From NCBI GenBank assembly GCA_964540595.1, contig CAZINL010000004.1:3758-36421 (forward strand): a stretch of 32,664 bases of DNA, written 5' to 3'. Position numbers and translations under genes: made by a program. The notes beneath the pieces were generated by a model, which was given only the letters and a program-made list of their open reading frames with translations, did not search any database and was not told the DNA's origin. This stretch comes from an uncultured Clostridia bacterium (GTDB lineage Bacteria; Bacillota; JAAYKD01; CAYOCI01). Of this stretch, positions 16,496 through 24,300 are shown piece by piece. The stretch's first letter is position 1; each line of letters begins with the position of its first letter.

Positions 16496-16866
16496 GAGCG
16501 TTGGTTGTTGAGGACAATCCGTTGAACATGGAACTGATGGAGGCCATTCTCATCTCACAGGGCTGCGGTATTATCAAGGCGTCCACTGCTGAGGAAGCAG
16601 AGCTTTTCCTGGCCGGCGAGCACCCGGATATCATCTTCCTCGATATTCAGCTGCCGGGGATCGATGGGATGACCCTAGCCAGCCGCATTCGCAGCCGTGT
16701 CCAGTTTGCTCGTACCCCCTTGGTCGCTGTGACCGCTCATGTCATGCCGGGAGATGCCGAGAAGATCAGAGAAGTGGGCTTCGATTACTACCTACCAAAA
16801 CCAGTGCAGATCAGCGAGCTGGTTCGTTTACTTCGTAGGCAGGGAGGCGGCGGCACTGGGCAGTAG
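16492..16866 (+). CDS. Single-domain CheY-like response regulator receiver
   Basis: MRALVVEDNPLN, IIFLDIQLPGIDG, LVAVTAH, YLPKP. ATGA overlap with the stop of the hybrid kinase (16492-16495). Confidence 0.9.
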   Translation: MRALVVEDNPLNMELMEAILISQGCGIIKASTAEEAELFLAGEHPDIIFLDIQLPGIDGMTLASRIRSRVQFARTPLVAVTAHVMPGDAEKIREVGFDYYLPKPVQISELVRLLRRQGGGGTGQ

Positions 16867-17863
16867 GATATGGTCCATCGCTGTGGTGGAGGACAACTCG
16901 GCCAATGCGGAGCTCATGGAGGCTTTTCTGCGCATCAAAGGTTACGCTGTCTCGATCTACAGCAACGGTCAAGACTTTTGGGCGGCAGTACAGCAGAGAG
17001 GGTTTGATCTGATTATTCTCGATGTCATGCTCGGCGGGATCAATGGGTTTGAGATCTGCCGGCGCCTAAAGGCGGACTCGGTGACCAGGATGGTGCCAGT
17101 GATCCTTCTGACCGCGTTGGACACTCTGGAGCACAAACAGGTCGGCTATGCTGCCGGCGCCGATGATTATGTGGTCAAACCAGTGAACTGGCCGGAGTTT
17201 TACCTCAAAGTCGGCTCCCTGCTACGCAAAAAAGAGCTGCACGATGAATTTGAGGCCATGGATAACGTCCTTTCCACCTTGGTGAAGACCGTTGAAAGCC
17301 GTGATCGTTATACAGCTGGGCATTCGGAGCGTGTGGCAGCCATTGCCACTTGCCTGGCTAGGGAGATGGGGTTGCCGGTCGAGGACGTGGCTCTGCTGCA
17401 CCGTGCCGGGGTACTGCATGACCTGGGCAAGGTGGCCGTGGATAGTCATATTCTCAACAAACCGGGAGCGCTGTCTGCCCTAGAGTTCCGAGCTGTTCAG
17501 CAGCACCCCTCTGTTGGTGCGGAGATCCTCGTTCCCATGAGTCGGGCCCAGACGATCGTGCCGCTGGTACGTAACCATCACGAGAAGCTGGATGGGAGTG
17601 GCTACCCCGATGGCTTGAAGGGGGATGAGATTGGCTTGTTGACGAGGATTCTGACTGTGGCCGACATCTACGATGCACTGACCAGTCAACGGCCTTATCG
17701 CCGAGCCATGGTTCCCATCGAGGCGCTGCAGGTGATGTTTCGGGATGCCAACGCCAACAAGATTGACCCCGACATTACTCGGATATTGGCGGAAGTAGCA
17801 ACAGGGAGGAGATTTGCCGATGAAATTAGGATGGTTGCGGCAGAGGCTGTTGGGCGGGTTTAG
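16856..17863 (+). CDS. Response regulator with HD-GYP domain (predicted c-di-GMP phosphodiesterase)
   Basis: REC ([39 protein letters not shown]) plus HD-GYP ([26 protein letters not shown]). The start codon is problematic. The REC beta-1 strand requires a start at or before about 16877, and the only SD-supported codon is CTG 16856 (AGGGAGG 16841-16847, 8-nt spacer). The ATG at 16739 would overlap the upstream gene by 128 nt. Confidence 0.85.
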   Translation: MGSRIWSIAVVEDNSANAELMEAFLRIKGYAVSIYSNGQDFWAAVQQRGFDLIILDVMLGGINGFEICRRLKADSVTRMVPVILLTALDTLEHKQVGYAAGADDYVVKPVNWPEFYLKVGSLLRKKELHDEFEAMDNVLSTLVKTVESRDRYTAGHSERVAAIATCLAREMGLPVEDVALLHRAGVLHDLGKVAVDSHILNKPGALSALEFRAVQQHPSVGAEILVPMSRAQTIVPLVRNHHEKLDGSGYPDGLKGDEIGLLTRILTVADIYDALTSQRPYRRAMVPIEALQVMFRDANANKIDPDITRILAEVATGRRFADEIRMVAAEAVGRV

Positions 17864-19502
17864 TCTCGTTTTGGTATTCATGTTGGTCATTGGTGGGGTC
17901 GCCTACTGGGGGTTTGACTCCCTACATCACATTGCGGAGGAGCTTGCCGGGGTGGCTCGGGTGGATACGGAGACGCTGAAGGCGGAGTCGGCCCATCTCG
18001 AATTCATGCAGCGCTTCTATCAGATGTTCCTGACGGAAAAGCTGATCGCGGAACCGGTGGGACCCCATGACTGCAATTTCGGCAAGTGGTATGATCGTTT
18101 CACTCCTGATGCCCAGGTCGCGACTACCTTCATAGCCATGGACAAGCCTCATCAGACGGTTCATGACGGTGGCAAACAGGTCTGGCAGCTGGCCTCGAGT
18201 GGCAACTTCGCCGAAGCCAAGCAACTCTTCAACAGCAAGGTCGCTCCAGCGGTGGACGAGCTGCGCTCCTACCTGGGGCAGATGCAGCAAGAGAATGCCC
18301 GCCATATGACCGCACAGGTCGATGACAGCGAGGCCATGGCGCAGCAGATGAACATGATCATCCTGGCGGTGGTCGCTGTCGCTTTCATTCTCGCCCTGCT
18401 TATGGCTTTGACCACCGCTCAGGCGATCGCCGAGCCGGTCTTGACGTTGACCAAGGGGGCGCAAGCGGCAGCCCACGGAGACCTCACCGTCGACCTCGAG
18501 GGGGTACGGGCCAAGGGTGAGCTTAAGGAACTGGTGCACTATTTTAGGGTGATGACTGAGAACCTCAAGACTCTCATCCATGAGGTACTAAACAAGGCCC
18601 ATGATGCCAGTGGTTCCAGTGAGATGCTGGCGCAGAACGCCAATGAGGCTGGTCGTGCAGCGGAACAGATCGCCGCATCCATTGCCGAGGTGGCGGAGCG
18701 AGGGGAGCATCTGACCGATGAGGCCGACAAACTGCGCCAACAGGGAGATCAGCTCAACAGCGCCGCTCTTACACTGCAAGAGAATGCGTCCACTAGCTTG
18801 GGCCTGATTCGTGATACCGAGAACTTGGCGACCAAAGGCAGCCAGGCGGTTAACCAGGCTACCCAACAGCTGCAGGTGGTCACGGAAACAGTGAATTTCG
18901 CTACCGGTGCCATCCAGAAGCTGGCCAAGCGTTCCGGCGAGGTGGGAAGCATCGTGCGGATCATCGATACCATCTCTTCTCAGACCAATCTCCTGGCGCT
19001 CAATGCGGCCATCGAGGCGGCCAGAGCCGGAGAAGCGGGGCGCGGGTTTGCCGTCGTGGCCGAAGAGGTGCGCAAGCTAGCAGAGGAATCGGCGGTGGCG
19101 GCCCGCAGGATTACCAGCCTGATCGAGGATATCCAGTCGGAAACCACGGTGACGGTCAACTCCATGGAGGTCAATGCCGAAGAGGTTGCCCGTCAACTAG
19201 GAATGATCAGCACCGCTGGCGAGACGCTGAACACCATCGTGGCGTCAGCACAGGAGAGCCGCCGTTCGTCCGAGAAGGTGATGGAGGTCAGCCGCTTGCT
19301 GCAGGCCAATCGAGAGCAGCTAGCTAGGATCATCCATGTTCTGGCTGAGTCGCTGGGCGGCAATGCCGCCAGTTCCGAAGAGGTGGCAGCGGCAGCGGAG
19401 CAGCAAAATGCCTCTACTCAGGAGGTGGCGGCAGCCGCAGATTACCTGCACGGCATTACCGAGCAACTGCAGGCTGCGGTCAGCAAGTTCAAACTGAGCT
19501 GA
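17820..19502 (+). CDS. Methyl-accepting chemotaxis protein: TM1 - CZB (zinc-binding) motif - TM2 - HAMP - MA signalling domain
   Basis: Conserved MCP hairpin tip [40 protein letters not shown]. Two TM helices ([23 protein letters not shown]; [21 protein letters not shown]). Full CZB pattern between them. ATG 17820 with GGGAGGAG (17804-17811) 8 nt upstream; it overlaps the HD-GYP gene by 44 nt. Confidence 0.92.
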   Translation: MKLGWLRQRLLGGFSLVLVFMLVIGGVAYWGFDSLHHIAEELAGVARVDTETLKAESAHLEFMQRFYQMFLTEKLIAEPVGPHDCNFGKWYDRFTPDAQVATTFIAMDKPHQTVHDGGKQVWQLASSGNFAEAKQLFNSKVAPAVDELRSYLGQMQQENARHMTAQVDDSEAMAQQMNMIILAVVAVAFILALLMALTTAQAIAEPVLTLTKGAQAAAHGDLTVDLEGVRAKGELKELVHYFRVMTENLKTLIHEVLNKAHDASGSSEMLAQNANEAGRAAEQIAASIAEVAERGEHLTDEADKLRQQGDQLNSAALTLQENASTSLGLIRDTENLATKGSQAVNQATQQLQVVTETVNFATGAIQKLAKRSGEVGSIVRIIDTISSQTNLLALNAAIEAARAGEAGRGFAVVAEEVRKLAEESAVAARRITSLIEDIQSETTVTVNSMEVNAEEVARQLGMISTAGETLNTIVASAQESRRSSEKVMEVSRLLQANREQLARIIHVLAESLGGNAASSEEVAAAAEQQNASTQEVAAAADYLHGITEQLQAAVSKFKLS

Positions 19503-19552
19503 TCAGCCCTTGAGCTAATCCTAAAACCACAAACCACGGACGGAGGTGAACC

Positions 19553-19873
19553 ATGCTTAACGTTGAACGCAAAAATGGTGCTCTCATTGTCCATCTCACG
19601 GGTGAGCTGACCTTTGCCAATTCGACCGCCATCAAGGAAGAGATCAAAAGCTTGATGGAGCCCGACGAACAGCGCTTGATCCTAGAAGCAGCTCAACTGC
19701 AACTGATCGATAGCTCAGGTGTCGGTGTGGTTGTCTCACTGCTCAAACGGATGAACGGTCAGGGGATAGCCTTAGCCGGGCTGCAACCTCGTGTACGGCG
19801 AGTCTTTGCTATTACCAAGATCGACCTGATTGTGCCCACCTATGAAACATTGGATGAGGCCCTGCAAGTATGA
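19553..19873 (+). CDS. STAS-domain anti-sigma-factor antagonist (SpoIIAA/RsbV-like)
   Basis: 106 aa with typical STAS layout (GALIVHLTGELTFANSTAIKEEI) and the phosphorylatable-serine motif LIDSSGVGVVVSL. GGAGG RBS. Confidence 0.9.
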   Translation: MLNVERKNGALIVHLTGELTFANSTAIKEEIKSLMEPDEQRLILEAAQLQLIDSSGVGVVVSLLKRMNGQGIALAGLQPRVRRVFAITKIDLIVPTYETLDEALQV

Positions 19874-20259
19874 AGTGGCGTGGCGTCTGCTACAGTGAAG
19901 CCGCTGCTCTGACCAGCCTGCGTGATCAAGCTATCGCCGCGGTCCAATCATGGCAGGTGGTCGATGACGATACCCTCTTTGATCTGCAGGTGATCTTATG
20001 TGAGTTGCTCTGCAATGCCGCGGAACACGGTAACCAGTGGGGCGCTGCGACCGAGGTACGACTGCAGATTCGTTTCCTGGTGCATAGGAGACTGATACTG
20101 ATCTTGGTCCGCGACCAGGGGTCTCAGCTCATCGCTGGCCCCGTCGAGGGTGGCAGCGATGACGAACGTGGGCGCGGCTTGCAGCTAGTCCAGGCTCTCT
20201 CCGACCAATGTCGACTGGGGCGTGGCATGGTCTGGATACGGAAGGGGGCCACAGTGTGA
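19870..20259 (+). CDS. Anti-sigma regulatory factor / serine protein kinase (SpoIIAB/RsbW-like GHKL)
   Basis: N-box-like CELLCNAAEHGN and G-box-like GRGLQLVQALS; 129 aa. ATGA overlap with the STAS gene stop (19870-19873). Confidence 0.8.
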   Translation: MKWRGVCYSEAAALTSLRDQAIAAVQSWQVVDDDTLFDLQVILCELLCNAAEHGNQWGAATEVRLQIRFLVHRRLILILVRDQGSQLIAGPVEGGSDDERGRGLQLVQALSDQCRLGRGMVWIRKGATV

Positions 20260-21299
20260 CACCCAAAATACTGATCGTCGATGATGAAGCACTCAACCGT
20301 GAACTGCTGCTCGGTTATCTCGAAGGCAAAGGGTATCACTTACTGGAGGCGGATTGTGCTGCGGCAGCTCGGGCAGCCATCGCCCAACATGACCCCGACC
20401 TCGTGCTGCTAGACGTGATCATGCCGATGGAGGATGGGTTCTCGCTATGTGAAGAGCTGAAGAAGAACATGATCGAGCCCTACCTGCCCGTCATCCTGGT
20501 CACTGCCCTGGCCGACAAAGAGAGCCGTGTTCACGGTCTGGCCTGTGGTGCCGATGACTTTCTCTCCAAGCCGGTGGATCGTTTGGAGCTGGTGGTCAAG
20601 GTGCGCAACATGTTGAAGATCCGCGCCCTGCATAAGAGTCTCTTCGATGAGCTGCTCTTTGCCCAACAGGTCCAACAGAACCTCTTCTTCGCCGATATCC
20701 AGCTACAGGATAGAGATCGGCTTTACTATGAACCCTGCCGTCGTGTGGGCGGCGACCTCATCGAGCTGTGGGAGCAGGACGGGGCGCGGTGGGCGCTGAT
20801 CGCCGACGCCTCCGGGCACGGGCCTTCGGCCGCGCTGATCGCCACCGCAGCCAAGGCGCTGATTGATCAACGCAGCGCTACACCGGCGGAACTGCTGGCC
20901 AAGATGAACTCTCGTCTACTGCAGTTGTTACCGGGCGAGACCCCCTATCATCTGACCGCTGCCTGCCTCTGCCACCGCGGGGGTCAGCTGCTCTTTTCCG
21001 GAGCGGGGCATCCACCGGGCTATCTCACTTCCGAGGATGTTCACGCTCTGGAGAGCCGATCCATACCTCTGGGAGTGTTGCCCCACCAGCGCTATAGCGA
21101 TCAGATACTCCCGGTGGCTCCCGGCGGCTGGGCCTTCCTCTATAGCGATGGGTTGCTGGATCTGATCAGCGAGGAAGAGCTCCACGCGCTGATCGACCAA
21201 AGCGCTAACGGCCAGCAGCTGGCTGACCGTCTTAAGGGGCTGATCGCTGGTCAGACCCTCAGCGATGACATCTCGTTCTTGACCATGGCGCTGGGGTAG
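20256..21299 (+). CDS. Response regulator with PP2C/SpoIIE-type serine phosphatase domain (RsbU-like)
   Basis: REC (KILIVDDEALNRELL, LVLLDVIMPMEDG, ILVTAL, FLSKP) plus PP2C (GGDLIELW, LIADASGHGPSAA, GAGHPPG, LYSDGLLD). GTG 20256 overlaps the upstream TGA (GTGA), with GGAAGGGGG 7 nt upstream. Confidence 0.9.
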   Translation: MTPKILIVDDEALNRELLLGYLEGKGYHLLEADCAAAARAAIAQHDPDLVLLDVIMPMEDGFSLCEELKKNMIEPYLPVILVTALADKESRVHGLACGADDFLSKPVDRLELVVKVRNMLKIRALHKSLFDELLFAQQVQQNLFFADIQLQDRDRLYYEPCRRVGGDLIELWEQDGARWALIADASGHGPSAALIATAAKALIDQRSATPAELLAKMNSRLLQLLPGETPYHLTAACLCHRGGQLLFSGAGHPPGYLTSEDVHALESRSIPLGVLPHQRYSDQILPVAPGGWAFLYSDGLLDLISEEELHALIDQSANGQQLADRLKGLIAGQTLSDDISFLTMALG

Positions 21300-21315
21300 C
21301 CAGTGACGGGTGCAC

Positions 21316-21360
21316 ATCACGAAGGGCAGGGCGTGTGGTACACGCCCTGCCCTTCGTGAT
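21316..21360. repeat. REP-like palindromic hairpin, copy 3 (20-bp perfect stem; bidirectional terminator)
   Basis: ATCACGAAGGGCAGGGCGTG (21316-21335), loop TGGTA, CACGCCCTGCCCTTCGTGAT (21341-21360). Lies between the convergent REC-PP2C and tnaA genes. Confidence 0.75.
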
Positions 21361-21388
21361 CATCCTGTGCGTTGTCAGTCATGGTATG

Positions 21389-22768
21389 TTACTTGAGCGG
21401 TCTCAGCTTGGCCGTGAAATGCCTGAGGACCTTCGGTTGCCAGACGATCTCATAGCCCGTCACCTGTTCAGCACGTTTCTGGATATTGATCAGCGCCTGC
21501 GCGACCACATCCAGATGCGCCTGGGTGTAGACACGGCGCGGCAGACATAGACGGGTGAACTCCATCTCGCTTTGTGGTTGCTCTCCCGTAACCGGATCGG
21601 GATCCAACATATACGAACCAATGTCGCAGCCACGGATGCCGGCTTCGAGGTAGAGTTCCAACGCCAGTGCCTGCGCCGGGAACTGATAATACGGAATATG
21701 CGGCAGCATCTTCTTGGCATCGATAAATACCGCGTGTCCGCCGACGGGATACTGGATCGGCACACCGCCTTCACGCAGCAGCTCACCGAGGTATTCGACC
21801 TGCCCGATACGGTAACGCAGGAAATCAGTATCAGTACCCTCATAAAGGCCAATGGCCAAGGCTTCGAGATCACGTCCAGCCAATCCGCCATAGGTAACAA
21901 AGCCCTCGTAAGGGACGGTGAGACCCTTTACCTTCTGGAAAAGCTCCTCGTCTTCCCTAACACCAATCAACCCGCCCATATTCACAATGGCGTCTTTCTT
22001 GGCCGACATGGTAAAGGCACAGGCATAGCTGAACGCCTCGCGGGTAATCTCGATGATCGACTTATCTGCGTAGCCTGGCTCTCTCGTCTTGATGAAGAAA
22101 GCATTCTCGGCAAACCGTGCCGCGTCAATAATCATCGGGATCCCATACTCTTCGGCGACCCGGGCAGTCTCACGAATGTTGGCCATCGAAACTGGCTGTC
22201 CGCCGGCGGTGTTATTGGTGATGGTCATGATGATCACGCCGATCTTCTCGACGCCGACCTTTTCGATGAAGGCACGCAGGGCCGGGATATCCATGTTGCC
22301 CTTAAAGGGTGCATAGCGGCTGGTATCGCGTGCTTCACTGACGACGACGTCGATCGGCACTGCTTGGCACAGACCCACATGACCACGGGTGGTATCGAAA
22401 TGCATGTTGGCAACCGAGTACTGGCCAGGTTTGAGTAAGCAGGGGAGCAGCACCTTTTCCGCGGCCCGCCCCTGGTGAACCGGCTGAGCGAAACGGTAGC
22501 CAAAGATGTCCTTGACTGCATCCATCAGACGATAGTAGCTGCGAGCACCGGCATAGCTCTCATCACCCTTGAGCATGCCTGCCCACTGGCTGTCACTCAT
22601 GGCACCGGTGCCACTGTCGGTGAGCATGTCAATATAGACATAATCGCTCCGCAGTGCGAACACGTTGTAGTCTGCTCCCCTGAGATACTGCTCTCGTTCC
22701 TCCCTAGTGGTCATCTTAAGCGGTTCCACCATCTTGATCTTGAAGGGTTCAGCGATATAGTTTGCCAT
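21389..22768 (-). CDS. tnaA: Tryptophanase (tryptophan indole-lyase; beta-eliminating lyase family)
   Basis: PLP-lysine motif [41 protein letters not shown] and VLRHFTAKL closely resemble my memory of E. coli TnaA ([35 protein letters not shown]) rather than tyrosine phenol-lyase. ATG 22768 with GGGGGAA upstream. Confidence 0.85.
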   Translation of the reverse strand: MANYIAEPFKIKMVEPLKMTTREEREQYLRGADYNVFALRSDYVYIDMLTDSGTGAMSDSQWAGMLKGDESYAGARSYYRLMDAVKDIFGYRFAQPVHQGRAAEKVLLPCLLKPGQYSVANMHFDTTRGHVGLCQAVPIDVVVSEARDTSRYAPFKGNMDIPALRAFIEKVGVEKIGVIIMTITNNTAGGQPVSMANIRETARVAEEYGIPMIIDAARFAENAFFIKTREPGYADKSIIEITREAFSYACAFTMSAKKDAIVNMGGLIGVREDEELFQKVKGLTVPYEGFVTYGGLAGRDLEALAIGLYEGTDTDFLRYRIGQVEYLGELLREGGVPIQYPVGGHAVFIDAKKMLPHIPYYQFPAQALALELYLEAGIRGCDIGSYMLDPDPVTGEQPQSEMEFTRLCLPRRVYTQAHLDVVAQALINIQKRAEQVTGYEIVWQPKVLRHFTAKLRPLK

Positions 22769-22820
22769 CCAAGATTCCCCCAATCTATCTCTAATCTAAC
22801 ATTAAAGTCCACTCGGCATG

Positions 22821-22849
22821 ATCATATCCCTTGTGTCATCGCCAAGCAA
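22821..22849 (-). promoter_or_regulatory. Putative sigma-70-type promoter of tnaA
   Basis: On the minus strand: -35 TTGCTT (22849-22844), a 17-nt spacer, and -10 TATGAT (22826-22821), about 50 nt upstream of the tnaA ATG. Pattern match only. Confidence 0.3.
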
Positions 22850-22864
22850 AAGACAGATGAAGAT

Positions 22865-22912
22865 AATGAATTAGTGAAGCCTGACCCCGGGGTCAGGCTT
22901 CACTAATTCATT
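22865..22912. terminator. Perfect 48-nt palindrome (24-bp stem) downstream of the cupin gene
   Basis: AATGAATTAGTGAAGCCTGACCCC / GGGGTCAGGCTTCACTAATTCATT, an exact reverse complement with no loop spacer. It lies 9 nt after the minus-strand stop at 22921. Confidence 0.65.
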
Positions 22913-22920
22913 AACTCTGA

Positions 22921-23253
22921 TTACATACTCTTCAGCATGTCGCGGGGGTTGGGGGCTTTGACGACGAAGAACTCCAGCACCTCGTCGTGGTGATTGCGCA
23001 CGTCCATCTGTGTAAGAAAGGGAACGTTGACGATCTGGCCGGTGGTGTACTCCTGCGCCTCTTGGTCGCCTAGCGTTATGGTCATGGTCCCGCTGACGAT
23101 GATCATGTGGACGTGGGAATTGGCTGGGTGCGGCGGCAAGGCGGTCCCTTTGGGCAGGATCATATGGTTGATAGCCACATTGGGATGGTCGATGACCTTT
23201 TCCATCAGGCGCTCAGGTGACGAACGGGCGAATTGATAGACGGTTTCGATCAT
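22921..23253 (-). CDS. Cupin domain protein
   Basis: Cupin_2-like His pattern (LPPHPANSHVHMIIVSGTMTITLGDQE). ATG 23253 with GGAGGGG 6 nt upstream is preferred over 23274. Confidence 0.72.
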   Translation of the reverse strand: MIETVYQFARSSPERLMEKVIDHPNVAINHMILPKGTALPPHPANSHVHMIIVSGTMTITLGDQEAQEYTTGQIVNVPFLTQMDVRNHHDEVLEFFVVKAPNPRDMLKSM

Positions 23254-23281
23254 GCTGTTCCCCTCCAATCTCATCCCGGCG

Positions 23282-23986
23282 CTACTTCTTCAGCACGCGA
23301 GGATGCAGGATGTTGTTCTCGAGGTGGATATGTTCGAAGAGATCGGCCTCCATCTCCTGCATCTGCTCATAGGCTTTGGCGTAGGTACCGCACGCGTCGG
23401 CAGGGACTTTGTAGTCGGCGGTGATGGCACGCAACTCCTTGAGGATGTCGCCCGCTCCCGTGTGCTCGGACTCCACCCGCTCGATCTCCGTCCTCAGTTT
23501 AGTCAAGACCGCTTGGTCGCCGTTCGCTTCGTATTCCTTAACCAATGGGAAGACCGTTTCTTCCTCAGAAATCAGATGCTGATCCAAATCCATCTTCAGG
23601 GTATGAAAGAGCTTGTGCACTTTGGTCAGTTCGCTGTGGTTGGCTCCATGGGCGCGCAGGACTGTAGTGGTCAGGCGGCTCAGTTCCGGCAGAGCGGTCT
23701 GTAGATAAGCGTGATGGGTATTAACGATATGGTCGACCAGCTTAGAGAGCGGCTCCTTCGTCCAATCGGTATTGGTGCTACGGGAGGCAAGGCTCTCTTG
23801 GTAGGCTTGGTTCAGTTCAGCCAGGAGTTGTTCAGCATCGGCCCCATGTGCCTTCGCCGCCTCGCTAATCGGGCGGTGGCCACCGCAGCAGAAGTCGACT
23901 TGGTGTTTGCGAAGGATCTCACTGGCTTTGGGGAAGCGTGCCACGATATCCCCGAGTTTGTCCTCGTGACAGAAGCTGTTAGTCAT
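23282..23986 (-). CDS. ric: Iron-sulfur cluster repair di-iron protein (RIC; ScdA/YtfE/DnrN family)
   Basis: ScdA_N motif KLGDIVARFPKASEILRKHQVDFCCGGHRPISEAA followed by hemerythrin-like His/Glu repeats (HHAYL, HSELTKVHKLFHTL, EEETVFP, HIHLENNILHP). Confidence 0.9.
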   Translation of the reverse strand: MTNSFCHEDKLGDIVARFPKASEILRKHQVDFCCGGHRPISEAAKAHGADAEQLLAELNQAYQESLASRSTNTDWTKEPLSKLVDHIVNTHHAYLQTALPELSRLTTTVLRAHGANHSELTKVHKLFHTLKMDLDQHLISEEETVFPLVKEYEANGDQAVLTKLRTEIERVESEHTGAGDILKELRAITADYKVPADACGTYAKAYEQMQEMEADLFEHIHLENNILHPRVLKK

Positions 23987-23990
23987 GTTC

Positions 23991-24188
23991 TTAGCCCTCC
24001 TTCGACACGCTGATGGCGCTGACGGGACATTGTCCTTCGGCCTCTTGGGCGCAGTCCATTAGCTCCGTGGTTAATGGATGGACCTTAACGCTAGCTTTCC
24101 CATCCCCATCCATGAAAAACACTCGTGGACAGATCGACTCGCAGATCCCGCAACCGATACAGAGTTCCTTGTCGACAGTAGCTTTCAT
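23991..24188 (-). CDS. Small [4Fe-4S] ferredoxin
   Basis: CIGCGICESICP ... CP cluster-binding pattern; 65 aa. ATG 24188 with AAGGAG 8 nt upstream. Lies 4 nt upstream of ric. Confidence 0.85.
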   Translation of the reverse strand: MKATVDKELCIGCGICESICPRVFFMDGDGKASVKVHPLTTELMDCAQEAEGQCPVSAISVSKEG

Positions 24189-24300
24189 AGCAGACACTCC
24201 TTTCCCATGTCCACTCAGGATGCCTTTGGACTGGTAAAGGAGTGAAATGCATCCGTATTGTGGATCTGACTAAAGTATACCTAACCAGTCGGGATCAGAA

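Noticed and set aside
16739-16855. ATG 16739 as the start of the REC-HD-GYP gene. Similarly GTG 13727 for the hybrid kinase, TTG 17814 for the MCP, ATG 20208 for REC-PP2C, ATG 9452 for the ABC gene, ATG 24373 for the aminotransferase and ATG 30465 for the second ABC gene.
   Set aside because: These are the longest-ORF starts. In each case a downstream start has a properly spaced GGAGG-type SD or a 4-nt stop/start overlap, and the extra N-terminal residues overlap the preceding gene or look non-coding.
21572-22438. 288-aa ORF on the + strand antisense to tnaA. Similar long antisense ORFs occur at 5805-6401, 4061-4663, 10525-11121, 7284-7844, 17922-18581, 26624-27163 and 23252-23704.
   Set aside because: Each lies entirely inside a gene with strong family motifs on the opposite strand. 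Their products are Arg/Gly/His/Leu-rich low-complexity sequences typical of shadow frames in GC-rich coding DNA, and none has a convincing RBS.
22784-22864. TnaC-like leader peptide upstream of tryptophanase.
   Set aside because: The only minus-strand mini-ORFs here (MTQGI, MIMPSGL) are 5-7 codons long, lack Trp and have no RBS.
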